Positions 35,701-44,926 of a DNA stretch of 64,000 nucleotides are shown here, one piece after another (within the stretch, counting starts at the first letter, position 1; every line of letters begins with the position of its first letter). Position numbers and translations under genes: made by a program. The notes beneath the pieces are model-generated. The model made no database searches, was not told the origin of the DNA, and saw only the letters and a program-made list of their open reading frames with translations. The stretch comes from an uncultured Pseudomonadota bacterium (lineage in GTDB: Bacteria > Oederibacteriota > Muellerivitia > Muellerivitales > Muellerivitaceae), in assembly GCA_963836235.1 (NCBI GenBank), contig CAWIIP010000002.1:1952001-2016000 (forward strand). The letters run 5' to 3'.

Positions 35701-36003
35701 AAGAAAGTCTTCCAACAGGCCGTCCTGCGGGGTTCGGTTTTGAGGTTAAGGCCAAAACTTATGACAGTGGCCACTAACGTTGCAGCTTTTCTTCCACTAC
35801 TTTGGACAAGGGGGAGCGGAGGAGATCTTTTAGCTTCGGTAGCCGCCCCGATCGTGGGTGGAATGGTCACCTCGGCGATCCATGTGCTTTATATTACCCC
35901 AGTTCTTTTTTATGGGACCAGGAGGGGCGTGCGGCATGAAAAATTCCGCCTAGGTAGAAATGGTTCAAAAAGCTTGTTAAATAGCCGTAAAACTGTCAAG
36001 TAA
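32794..36003 (+). CDS. cusA: CusA-type heavy-metal RND permease
   Basis: LDAIPDLSD.QV, GWVYEY, AIGDMLDAGIILVEN, Met triad LLFMP/LSMIE/IDMQATG, RLRPKLMT. Confidence 0.9.
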   Translation: MFSRITEFSIKHSKWILVFFALGTLGGLVSLALCPLDAIPDLSDPQVLLYARVPGTPREVSEAVTRPMMDRLAGLPEVETVRGFSDIDYSYITVVLKEKADNPEARQKIADLAHSFIANLPVTWQVSQDNSGVGWVYEYSLFHGKRGMDLYGLRSLQENVIRPALARLDGVAEVATVGGYAKQFQIVVNPYLLRAYGLTPADLSLALEGREPELKGRTIELNEREAILDFSGVLPPAQPGKIQFLEHGPINSLGDLAALRFRFKGKEMALSQVATFRLEPDLSWGTAELDGKGEVVGGIVIARKGVNSLVLIRRIKEEMERLKPSFSGVEVQTVYDRSQLIYSTLKTVGWELFQELFLLSLVVTLFLGHYRSAVVLGLAFPAALSLCFVPFHALGLSLNLMTLGGLAIAIGDMLDAGIILVENANRRLSQAGRPALLKEGVRRRELALSCSALMRPLVFTLLIVTVSFLPVFVLSGQLGRLFAPLVAAKTLGMLSALAVTLFLFPALCVKLLKGKFQREEENKISMKLQSLYRPSLEWVLQRPRRVLASAFFLIVLTIPLFLSLHREFLPSFNEGSLLFMPLTLPGADSETIKNWLVATDRRLAAFPEVERVFGKAGRAESATDPAPLSMIESTVLLKPRNQWPFGMTEEKLTQEMDAALQFFGVSNGWTQPIRGRIDMQATGVRTPLGIKVTAPTLERAEAGAIDLEKVILQIPGVKSATAERVVKAPYLEVAVDAMAAAKAGLRPEEILGQVISFAGAAGLGKTSNGFDGIPVAVVYAPEFSDSLDKLNQLPIFTSPGKTVPLEKLARVEWGEGPDMIPLENGKPTVIVYLELDSTNTFGWVQRNRARLEQVFPPGSDMHLEISGQYQQAQRAWGRLKWLAPLCLFLIAVLLRLALASWRETGVILLSLPFAFLGGVWMQALLGIPLSVSVWVGYIALFAVAVQTGVVMVVYLTQALEREGPQAGLDKKVFQQAVLRGSVLRLRPKLMTVATNVAAFLPLLWTRGSGGDLLASVAAPIVGGMVTSAIHVLYITPVLFYGTRRGVRHEKFRLGRNGSKSLLNSRKTVK

Positions 36004-36100
36004 AAGGCAGTAGGCTCATGGACTAAGAGGTTGGGGTGGGAGTATATTAATTGTCATCTAAACAAGCTTGCAACGATTACAGTTATTATTGGACGAATTT

Positions 36101-37522
36101 ATGAAAAAGCAAATTTTCCCTAGCTTTATTATGTTGATCGGCTTCTTTATCTTTTTTAGCCATCCCCTTCCATCTTATGCGCAATTGAACATGCTCATTT
36201 ACGGAGACACCGACCCTGGGATCTCGGACACGGCACCAGGATTCAATGTGACGGTTTGGAACGATGCCACTTGGGCGGCGGCATCTACTGCGGATTTTGC
36301 CAAATTCAACGTCATTGTTTTCGCCGATGCCCCGGCGCCATCCTGTATTACCAGTTCCAGCGTTTGGAGCACCGCTTTGGCGACCGAGGCCACTTGGGGG
36401 CCAGCCATTACGGGTAATGTTCTCATCATCGGGTCGGATCCGGATTTTCATATCACCAATTCAGGTGTTTCCCCTAACGTGGAGTACAATTTTTTAAATT
36501 ACGCCGCATCCGGGACTGGGACCGGTCTTTATGTCGCCTTGAGCTGTGTTTATAACGGAGTCTCGCCGGGTACGGTTGTTCCGCTCCTTTCCCCGCTTGG
36601 AACATTTACAGTGGAAGGCGCCGCGTCTGGCGGCTACGATGCGGCCCATATTGTCGCAAATAGCCCTGCTCTTACGGGTGTGACGGACGCCATGCTTTCC
36701 AACTGGAGCTATTCCGTCCATGAGGGGTTCGATGTTTGGCCTACCAACTTCGTCCCTCTCGCGATTGCCACCGATGCCGTAGATCCTAATTACACCGCCT
36801 CGGATGGAACCACGGGGTTGGTTTATATCCTGGCATCGGGTGATATCGTGGCCCTCGGAACCAACACGCCCACCCCTTATCCTACCAATACTCCCACGCC
36901 TAACTATACTTTGACTTTGACCCCTCCGAATACGCCTACGTCTACATCCACTCCGACTCCTACCCCCAACTTAACATTAACTTTGACACCCCCGAATACC
37001 TCCACGCCTACTTCCACTCCCACGTTTACGCTTACTCCTACCATCACCCTCACCCCTACCTTCACAACTACTTTCACGACTACCTTTACCACCACCTCAA
37101 CGGCGACAAAGACCAGCACCTTTACCACAACCAACAGTCCAACCGTTACCAGTACTTTCACGATCACCAATACTCCCACCATAACCAATACTCCGACCAT
37201 TACGCCGACGCCCACGGCCACCAATCCCACCCAAGATTCTTTTTACATCTCGGCGAACGCCTATAATCCGGCGACGGACAACCCCGTTTCCATTTATGTG
37301 GAATACAGCCAATTTCCAGGCGAGTATGATTTGTGGGTCTACAATACGGCTGGAGAACATATCAAGACGTTGGACCACCAGGAGATGAGTTCCCCGATCA
37401 CCCAGTCCTATCATTGGGACGGTACAAACAAATATGGGGATAAATGCGCCAGCGGAGTTTATATCTTCTACTTGGTCGAGCCTTTCTCTCAAAAGATAAA
37501 AAGGATTGCCCTGATTCGATGA
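36101..37522 (+). CDS. Secreted protein: ~235-aa N-domain + Thr/Pro linker + FlgD-Ig-like CTD (paralogue 1)
   Basis: Signal peptide; [18 protein letters not shown]...ASGVY. Confidence 0.85.
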   Translation: MKKQIFPSFIMLIGFFIFFSHPLPSYAQLNMLIYGDTDPGISDTAPGFNVTVWNDATWAAASTADFAKFNVIVFADAPAPSCITSSSVWSTALATEATWGPAITGNVLIIGSDPDFHITNSGVSPNVEYNFLNYAASGTGTGLYVALSCVYNGVSPGTVVPLLSPLGTFTVEGAASGGYDAAHIVANSPALTGVTDAMLSNWSYSVHEGFDVWPTNFVPLAIATDAVDPNYTASDGTTGLVYILASGDIVALGTNTPTPYPTNTPTPNYTLTLTPPNTPTSTSTPTPTPNLTLTLTPPNTSTPTSTPTFTLTPTITLTPTFTTTFTTTFTTTSTATKTSTFTTTNSPTVTSTFTITNTPTITNTPTITPTPTATNPTQDSFYISANAYNPATDNPVSIYVEYSQFPGEYDLWVYNTAGEHIKTLDHQEMSSPITQSYHWDGTNKYGDKCASGVYIFYLVEPFSQKIKRIALIR

Positions 37523-37673
37523 CAAACCAGACGGTTTTTTTCTTGTATCCCAATACTTTCATAGTTCTTTCAGAAAAAGATTTGGGAGCAATTAGACTAG
37601 GGAATGAGACTGGGGTATATTGAATGCTGTCTATTAACTTTTTTGACGATTCCGTCTATTACGAGAAGAATTT

Positions 37674-38951
37674 ATGAAAAAACAAAATTTTACATTTGTC
37701 CTCATTGTTGCCGGTTTCTTCGCCTATTTGATTAATCCTCTTCCATCTTACGCACAATTGAACATGTTGGTTTACGGAGACACGTCCCCCGGGATTGCGA
37801 ACACGGCTCCAGGGTTCAATGTAACTGTTTGGAACGACGCCACTTGGGCCGCTGCCTCTACGGCAGATTTTGCCGCATTCAACGTTATCGTTTTCGGGGA
37901 CGCCCCGGCACCTTCTTGTATTACCAGTTCGGGCGTCTGGAATACCGCTGTGGCCACGCAGGCGGCTTGGGGACCGGCGATTACGGGCAATATCCTGATT
38001 ATCGGATCGGATCCTGATTTTCATATCACGAACTCGGGCGTGTCCCCCAACGTGGAATATAATTTCCTCAATTACGCCGCATCCGGTACGGGTACCGGCC
38101 TTTACGTTGCTTTGAGCTGTGTTTATAGCGGAGCTGCGGCAAATACCGCCGTTCCACTTCTTTCCCCCCTGGGTGTCTTCACCGTGGAAGGCGCGGCATC
38201 GGGCGGTTACAACTCTTCGCACATCGTGGCCAACAGCCCCGCCCTAACAGGCGTGACGGATGCCATGCTTTCCAACTGGAGTTTTTCCGTCCATGAGGGT
38301 TTCGACTCATGGCCGGCCAGCTTCATCCCCTTGGCAATTGCCACCGACGCCGTCGACCCTAATTACACCGCCTCGGATGGATCGTCGGGACTGGTCTATG
38401 TCCTGGCGACAGGCGCGATCGTGGGCCTTGGAACCGATACGCCTACTCCCCTTCCCACTTGGACTCCCACCGCTACCGCCACGCCCACCGGTACCTTGAG
38501 CCCCACCCTCAGCCCCACCAATACAACCACTTTGACGCCCACCTTCACTTCAACCCTTACAGCCACCATGACTCCTACCTTCACAACCACTGCAACGCCC
38601 ACTTTTACTCCAACTCTGACGACCACATTGACTCCCACGGTTACTCCGACTTCCACTCCAACCTGTGAAACTCACGTTTGGCCCGATCCCTATAACCCCA
38701 GGTATGCCGTGAACCAAACGCTGAACATCGGTTGCTTGCAACCGAACGAAACGGTTTATTTTTATACTTTATCAGGGGAACTAGTGGCCCAAACTCAGCC
38801 AGCGGATTGGAAAGGACAGGACCAATGGGAAGTCCAATGGAACGGAAAGAACAAGCAGGGAGTTCCGGTTTCGGCGGGTATTTACTTCTATGTCATTAAG
38901 GACGGTCAGCAAAAGGTGGTCGGGACGGGCAAATTCCTAGTGAGCCGCTAA
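37674..38951 (+). CDS. Secreted protein, tandem paralogue 2 with a different CTD
   Basis: Near-identical N-domain; WPDPYNP...YTLSGELV...WNGKN..G.PVSAGIY. Confidence 0.85.
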   Translation: MKKQNFTFVLIVAGFFAYLINPLPSYAQLNMLVYGDTSPGIANTAPGFNVTVWNDATWAAASTADFAAFNVIVFGDAPAPSCITSSGVWNTAVATQAAWGPAITGNILIIGSDPDFHITNSGVSPNVEYNFLNYAASGTGTGLYVALSCVYSGAAANTAVPLLSPLGVFTVEGAASGGYNSSHIVANSPALTGVTDAMLSNWSFSVHEGFDSWPASFIPLAIATDAVDPNYTASDGSSGLVYVLATGAIVGLGTDTPTPLPTWTPTATATPTGTLSPTLSPTNTTTLTPTFTSTLTATMTPTFTTTATPTFTPTLTTTLTPTVTPTSTPTCETHVWPDPYNPRYAVNQTLNIGCLQPNETVYFYTLSGELVAQTQPADWKGQDQWEVQWNGKNKQGVPVSAGIYFYVIKDGQQKVVGTGKFLVSR

Positions 38952-39196
38952 ATTCCTAAAGAACTCAGAAAAGTCCCGAAAAATCTGATCTGAAAACCCT
39001 CAGTTTTCTATTCCGAGCAAGTCTTTCCCATAGTTACCAAATCTTCAATTCAATCGTTAGGCCCGGGCATTTTAAAAGTTTTCACCTTCGGGGAACTGGC
39101 GTTTTAGCATTGAGGAGAAAAAAATAGTCATCTCCCATGATATTATGAGTCTTGTTCATCACCATTAGTCGGCTTGTCATTAAAGGGGAAAAGAAA

Positions 39197-39967
39197 ATGA
39201 AAGGTTGGAAAGTTGGGCTGTTCTTTTTACTGGGGTTAAACTTGAGCCTAATAAGAGGTTGGACACAAGAAGCTTTTGCTTCGGATATTAAAACTCCAGG
39301 TGTCCCCCCTATCGTCCAAGCTGCTGAAAATCTAACCCCGGCTGCCAATGAAACTATCCGAATACCCAAGCCCAATGTTCTTAAAGCTTCCGACTGGTTG
39401 AGCGATTCCGAATATCATTCCGATCCCAGCGCCCCGCGAAAAGGGCCGGATGGAACCCCTTGGAAAGTCGAAGCGAATGACCACACTCCTCGCGGCGCGG
39501 CGATAGCCCAGATGGCAGAGCCCGATTTCTTCAATCAGATCGGGGATTGGAACAAATCCGAGATAAAGCCAAGGACTTACTACTGGCACGCTTTTAACGG
39601 AACCAATTATTGTCATCTTCGCGATGGGTCGGGTAATCAATGGTACGGTTGGGTGGAAGGTCCAGCCTTTCATTGGGTACTTTACCGTTCGGGGCACTTT
39701 TGGTGGCATGACAGTTATGCCGAACGGTCCCTTTACTTTGACAGGGGTTATTGGTGGTGGCAGGGACGCCGAAAAGACCAGTTCCAGGTATATCTGGAGG
39801 ATGGGCATTACCACGTTTGCGGTCCCGATGGGGTTTTAGGGGACGACCTATTCACCACTGGAACCGAGGAAGTGGCTACCCAACCTGTGGAAAAGGACCC
39901 GACTCCCACGTCAAAACCTGGGGATGATTCGGGGGCGCCCGGTGGGATGGGGTCGTTCAGCCATTAA
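39197..39967 (+). CDS. Hypothetical exported Trp/Tyr/His-rich protein
   Basis: AGGGG RBS; signal-like N-terminus; YYWH, WYGW, FWWH, YWWW segments. Confidence 0.65.
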   Translation: MKGWKVGLFFLLGLNLSLIRGWTQEAFASDIKTPGVPPIVQAAENLTPAANETIRIPKPNVLKASDWLSDSEYHSDPSAPRKGPDGTPWKVEANDHTPRGAAIAQMAEPDFFNQIGDWNKSEIKPRTYYWHAFNGTNYCHLRDGSGNQWYGWVEGPAFHWVLYRSGHFWWHDSYAERSLYFDRGYWWWQGRRKDQFQVYLEDGHYHVCGPDGVLGDDLFTTGTEEVATQPVEKDPTPTSKPGDDSGAPGGMGSFSH

Positions 39968-40002
39968 CAGGATACTGAAAATTTTTGAAGGATGGAAAAT
40001 CC

Positions 40003-40356
40003 ATGAGTGAAAATAAATCGTTCTTGGAAAAAAGATCACATGTACGGGTTCCCGTTAAGATTCCCGTTCAATTCGGGCTGGTCGAGGATCCGAAGGAATT
40101 GGAAGAACTAAAAAGCCAGATCGGACTGGCTAAAGATTTAAGCCTGGATGGAATGTTCATTAAGACGGATAAGATGGTCAAGGTGGGGGATGTTTTCCGC
40201 ATGGATATTTCTTTGCCGGAGAAATCAAAACAATTGTTCGCTTTCGCGGAGGTGGTTTGGGCCAACGAAACCGGCGCCGGTCTTCGCCTGATGTTAATGG
40301 CCATGGAGGACAAGGAAGACCTGAAAGGTTACTGGGACAGCGCCGCTTCCAGTTGA
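40003..40356 (+). CDS. Stand-alone PilZ-domain c-di-GMP receptor
   Basis: RSHVR (RxxxR) and DLSLDG (DxSxxG) motifs. Confidence 0.88.
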   Translation: MSENKSFLEKRSHVRVPVKIPVQFGLVEDPKELEELKSQIGLAKDLSLDGMFIKTDKMVKVGDVFRMDISLPEKSKQLFAFAEVVWANETGAGLRLMLMAMEDKEDLKGYWDSAASS

Positions 40357-40375
40357 TATTTCACGGAATTTTGCT

Positions 40376-40858
40376 TTATCCCTGTATCGCGATTTCCACA
40401 TCTTTTTCTAGATCCTCCGGTTTCGTAGTTGAGGCGTAGCGTTTAACCGGTTCACCCCTTGAGTCGATCAAGAATTTCGTGAAATTCCATTTAATGGCTT
40501 CGGTTCCTAAAATACCCGACTTTTCGTTCGTCAGGTATTGGTAAAGAGGGTGGGCATTGGCCCCGTTCACGTCGATCTTGGCGAAGAGGGGAAAGGTGAT
40601 CCCGAAATTCAGGTCACAAAAGCTTTTGATCTCCTCCTCATTCCCCGGTTCCTGGGCGCCAAACTGGTTGCAGGGGAATCCGAGGACGGTAAATCCCTTA
40701 TCCTTGTATTTTTTATACAGATTCTCTAAGCCTTCGTATTGCGGCGTAAAACCACAGTGGCTGGCCACGTTCACGATCAGAAGAGCTTTCCCGTGGTATT
40801 GTGAAAGAGAGATTTCTTTTTCGTCGATGGTCCTGGCCTTAAATGGATAAACGGACAT
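40376..40858 (-). CDS. Glutathione peroxidase family protein
   Basis: VNVASHCGFTPQY, LGFPCNQFG.QEPG, KWNFTKFL. Confidence 0.96.
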   Translation of the reverse strand: MSVYPFKARTIDEKEISLSQYHGKALLIVNVASHCGFTPQYEGLENLYKKYKDKGFTVLGFPCNQFGAQEPGNEEEIKSFCDLNFGITFPLFAKIDVNGANAHPLYQYLTNEKSGILGTEAIKWNFTKFLIDSRGEPVKRYASTTKPEDLEKDVEIAIQG

Positions 40859-41025
40859 AGTGCCTCCTTCGATGATTCTCTTGATTAACTATAGGTAATA
40901 ATGGACGACGATGAAAGACCAGGCCTTAATTTAGTATTGCCGGATGTTTAGGTTGCGATACCTAATCCTTGGCTTGATGATGTGATGTGGGATGGTCCTA
41001 GAAGTTCCTCCCAAAGGATATTGAA

Positions 41026-42522
41026 TTGAAATTTTTGAACGAGTTTGTTTCCTCTAAGAAAAAAGTATTGTGGCTTTGTTTTTCCATTAATTTACTACTT
41101 CATTTACCCTTTATGAACCTGCCTCCCCAAAGCATCCATGTTTGGCGTCAGTGCAGCACCTTGGCGGTCGCGCGCAATTTTTACGAAGAAGATATGAACA
41201 TCCTGAAGCCAAGGCTGGATGACCGCATGGACAGGGATGGCGTGACTGGCACGCAGTTTCCATCCTATGAATATTTGGTAGCCCTGGGATATGAGCTGTT
41301 TGGGGAGCATTATTGGGTTCATCGAACGGTTTCATTCCTCATTTACTTCCTTGGCGCCTGGGGGATATATGAATTATTCTTTATCCTTTTCCAATCCGCC
41401 TGGGCGGCGACAATCGGCGCCTGGAGCTTTTGCTGGAGCCCGGAACTATTTTATTTTGGTATCTCGGCCCTGCCCGATGTGACGGCTCTTACCGCTTCTC
41501 TCTGGGGCCTTGTTTTTTTTGTCCGTTGGTTCAAAAGCGGGGAAAAGGTCCCTTACGGTTTGAGCCTCGTTTTAACGACTTTGGGCGGGCTAACCAAAAT
41601 CCAATATTTGGTGATTGGGTTTCCTATCGCCGTCATGGTCGTGATGGAAAAAAAGAAATATAGCCTGAATCAAATTTTAATGATGATTTTCTTCGCCTTT
41701 ACGTCGGTGGGATTAACCTTAGGGTGGTATTTCCGAGCTGTTCATTTGATTCAAACGAGCGGATTAAACGACTATGACATCGGGTTTACCCCCGCGCCTG
41801 GGTGGCTATGGGCGCTAAAGGTCGTTTGGCATAACGCCCATAGTGAAATTCCCGAGCTGATTTTGAACTACGCGACCTTTATTTTTTTTGTGGTTGGCAT
41901 TTTCGCTTGGTTCAAAAAAAAGAAAATGGAATCAGGCTGGTTTTGGCCATTGGCAGCCTGGGGAATGGCTGTTCTTGCCTATTACTTCATTGAATTGGGC
42001 AAAATGGACGTTCATTCCTATTATCTTTTGCCTTTCCTGCCTTTGCTTTTGGTTTTCGTGGTTAGGGGGGGATTGGCCTTAAAGGACTCGAAATTCGCGT
42101 GGCTTTTTGTTTTTCTTCTCTTTGCCCAGCCCATCGTGGCATTTTTCAGGATTGTCCCGCCCCGCTTTTGGGCTAAGGATAAGGCCGTTCCCCAGGAGCT
42201 ATATGTGGAAGCCTCCCGGGAGAAGCTTGAAGAAGCCGTACCCCGCAACGCCCTTTGTGTTATCGGCGAGGATAATTCACGGGCCATTTATTTTTATTTC
42301 TTGCATAAAAAAGGCTTTGCTTTTACTGAGCTGGGAGATTTGACGGCCTTGTCGGACGGCTCACCCCAATTGGAAAGGGACATACAACAAGGAGCCCAAT
42401 ACCTTTATACGGATGATTCCCAAGTAGCCGAGTCGAATGTTTTGAAACCCTATTTGGAATCGAAAGTTTTAAAGGAAGGTGACTTTCAAGTTTTTAAACT
42501 TGTTCAACCGGTTGGAAATTAA
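41026..42522 (+). CDS. GT-C (ArnT/PMT, family 39-like) membrane glycosyltransferase
   Basis: H.WRQ..T..VARNF, multiple TM segments, LPD motif. Confidence 0.78.
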   Translation: MKFLNEFVSSKKKVLWLCFSINLLLHLPFMNLPPQSIHVWRQCSTLAVARNFYEEDMNILKPRLDDRMDRDGVTGTQFPSYEYLVALGYELFGEHYWVHRTVSFLIYFLGAWGIYELFFILFQSAWAATIGAWSFCWSPELFYFGISALPDVTALTASLWGLVFFVRWFKSGEKVPYGLSLVLTTLGGLTKIQYLVIGFPIAVMVVMEKKKYSLNQILMMIFFAFTSVGLTLGWYFRAVHLIQTSGLNDYDIGFTPAPGWLWALKVVWHNAHSEIPELILNYATFIFFVVGIFAWFKKKKMESGWFWPLAAWGMAVLAYYFIELGKMDVHSYYLLPFLPLLLVFVVRGGLALKDSKFAWLFVFLLFAQPIVAFFRIVPPRFWAKDKAVPQELYVEASREKLEEAVPRNALCVIGEDNSRAIYFYFLHKKGFAFTELGDLTALSDGSPQLERDIQQGAQYLYTDDSQVAESNVLKPYLESKVLKEGDFQVFKLVQPVGN

Positions 42523-42585
42523 GAGAACTAAGTTTGATGTCTGAAGGAAAAATCGATGGTCATCGGGAATTTTTTTGACCCAAGG

Positions 42586-43290
42586 TTAATCAATCTGTAA
42601 CCGGTAGCCCACTCCGGGTTCGGTCAGGAAATGTTGGGGACGGCCAGATTCGTTTTCTAATTTATTCCTTAAGTTATTCATATGGACCCTCAGGTAATGG
42701 GCTTGGTCGGAGTAAGCTTCACCCCATATCTCAGTCAATAGCTGGCGCTGGGTTACCACTTTTCCGGCGTGGCGAGTTAGGATCGCCAGCAATCCGAATT
42801 CGCGTTTTGTTAAATGGACCTCTGTACCGGCCTTTAAAATTCGACGATGGGCCAAGTCTACTTCCAAGTCACCGTGCTTGAATACCGCTTCTTCGCTTTT
42901 TCCAATCGCTTCTTGGGTGCGCCGCAGGGCCGAGCGAATGCGAGCCAGAAGTTCTTGGACGCCGAAAGGCTTGGTCAAGTAATCGTCCGCGCCCCGGTCT
43001 AAGGCGGCTACCTTGTCCGATTCCCTGTCCCGGGCCGAAACCACAATGATGGGTTTTTTGGACCACTCCCGCAAGCGTTTCATAACCTCCAGTCCGTCCA
43101 TATCGGGCAGCCCTAAGTCCAGCAGAACCACGTCCGGATTGCGGGTGGCGGCTTGTACAAGACCTTCCTCTCCCGTCGAGGCTTGAAGGTAGTTGTAACC
43201 GCTGGCCGACAAGGTTGCCTTTAGGAAAAGACAGATGGGAGCCTCGTCCTCAATACATAAGACTGAAAGTTTTTCTTTTTCCATCGTCAT
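42586..43290 (-). CDS. Second KdpE-like response regulator
   Basis: LDLGLPDMDG, GADDYLTKPF, HAGKVVTQRQLL, TEPGVGYR; ATGA overlap with the kinase. Confidence 0.92.
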   Translation of the reverse strand: MTMEKEKLSVLCIEDEAPICLFLKATLSASGYNYLQASTGEEGLVQAATRNPDVVLLDLGLPDMDGLEVMKRLREWSKKPIIVVSARDRESDKVAALDRGADDYLTKPFGVQELLARIRSALRRTQEAIGKSEEAVFKHGDLEVDLAHRRILKAGTEVHLTKREFGLLAILTRHAGKVVTQRQLLTEIWGEAYSDQAHYLRVHMNNLRNKLENESGRPQHFLTEPGVGYRLQID

Positions 43291-44417
43291 TCCTCTTGGA
43301 CTGCGGGGGGAGTCCCCCCGGTGGGGAGCGTGACAATAAAGGAAGCCCCACCGCCAGAGCGGTTGCTGGCAATGATGTCCCCGCCATGGGCCCGGGCTAT
43401 GGCTAAACAAATACTAAGTCCCAGCCCCGCACCTTTTCCACCGCTATGATAGCCCCGGATGAATTTCTCGAATATGGATTTTTCCTCTCCCGGTTTCAAG
43501 CCGGGACCCCGGTCCGCGACTTCCATCTCCAACCCATCCTCCCCGGCTTTCACCGACAAGTGGATAGATGTTCCCCGCGGGGTATGATTAAGGGCATTCT
43601 GCAAAAGGTTCAATAAAAGCTGCTCCACCAGAAGGCCGTCGATGAAGGCGAGGGGAAGCTTGGGCTGAAAGTCCAGGGTGAGAGGAGTCTGAGTAAGGCG
43701 GGGTTTCAACCGCTCCAAGGCCACTCCCACCAGTTCCTCCACGGACTGCCATTCCTTTTTCGGTTCCAGTGCCCCCGCTTCCAAGCGGGTCATGTCCAAT
43801 AGGTTTTGAACCAAGTGCTTCAAACGTTCCGCTTCAATGTAGATGGATTTTGTTAGCAAGAAGCGTTCCTCCGGATTCAAGACACCCTTATCCTCCAAAA
43901 GCCCGCTGGCGGCCCCAATAATGGAGGTCAGGGGTGTTCTCAAATCATGTGAGACGGCGCTTAAAAGAGCGCTACGGTTTTTCTCGTTCTCGGCGGCAAT
44001 CCGGAGCTTTTCCGCCTGGCGGGATTTGGTCGCCAGAGCGCTGATCACCAGGCTTTCCACCAGCATGACCAACAAAGTCATCCAGCTCTCAGGCCGGGCG
44101 ATAGTTAAACTGAAATAGGGTGGTATAGCGAAAAAATCGAGGGCTAAAGCCCCCAGGACCGACGCGGTCAAGGCCGGGCCCCGCCCCCACCAGAAGGAAA
44201 TTCCTACGACGCCCAAAAGGTAAAACGTGCCGATGGCGGAAGGATCCAGGGTCTGGCGTAGCAAGTATCCCGGCAGCGTGATAACCGCGACGATTAAAAC
44301 ACTCCCGACATATTTTCGAAAGCTTTCCTGATTTGAGAGTCTCTTGAAGGCGGGAAAGGGAAGACCAGATGATTTTTTGACGGAAAAATTTTTGAATTTT
44401 GGGAAAAGTTTGGACAT
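43287..44417 (-). CDS. Minimal KdpD-like kinase (4-TM DUF4118 + HisKA + HATPase only)
   Basis: DFFAIPPYFSL TM motif joined directly to SALLSAVSHDLRTPL; no KdpD-N, USP or GAF domain. Confidence 0.88.
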   Translation of the reverse strand: MSKLFPKFKNFSVKKSSGLPFPAFKRLSNQESFRKYVGSVLIVAVITLPGYLLRQTLDPSAIGTFYLLGVVGISFWWGRGPALTASVLGALALDFFAIPPYFSLTIARPESWMTLLVMLVESLVISALATKSRQAEKLRIAAENEKNRSALLSAVSHDLRTPLTSIIGAASGLLEDKGVLNPEERFLLTKSIYIEAERLKHLVQNLLDMTRLEAGALEPKKEWQSVEELVGVALERLKPRLTQTPLTLDFQPKLPLAFIDGLLVEQLLLNLLQNALNHTPRGTSIHLSVKAGEDGLEMEVADRGPGLKPGEEKSIFEKFIRGYHSGGKGAGLGLSICLAIARAHGGDIIASNRSGGGASFIVTLPTGGTPPAVQEE

Positions 44418-44696
44418 GAATTTAAGGGGCCTTTTGATTTTCACTATTTTGAATGGGTTAGTATAAGAACAAAAATTTTTATTGCGAATAGTGACACAAA
44501 AAAGAGGATCCGAGTTCAAAAGTTCATTAATTTTTTAGTTCCGAATTTCAAATTAAGCGGAATGAGGACCTTTCAAGAAAAAAATAGTGGGTTCAATTTA
44601 AGCCTACACAATTGTCATTAACGACGTTGGTTGTCTTTTGGTACCTTTTCTGGGGACTTGCCTTTGATCCATTTCGCGGGTTTCCTCTCGCTCTGC

Positions 44697-44744
44697 ATCA
44701 AGAAAACATCAAGAAACTACCTTTGAAATCAAGGGGGCGTAAAT
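44697..44744. promoter_or_regulatory. OmpR/KdpE-type direct-repeat array
   Basis: ATCAAG at 44697, 44708, 44728 and GTAAAT at 44739 (11/20/11), just upstream of TTGACT at 44749. Confidence 0.6.
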
Positions 44745-44926
44745 TTTTTTGACTCAGGAAAAATATTTTTTATTTTCATGAAAATTTTTTCGTTTTTCCC
44801 AACGGAATTTTAATTTTAAAAATTCTCGAGGGATAAAAACTGGTTTTTTAAACGCGGGTGAGTGGCACGACCTTTGCTTTAGGTCCTGTGACATCCGCTT
44901 CAGTTATTTCAAAACAGGAGGAAATT

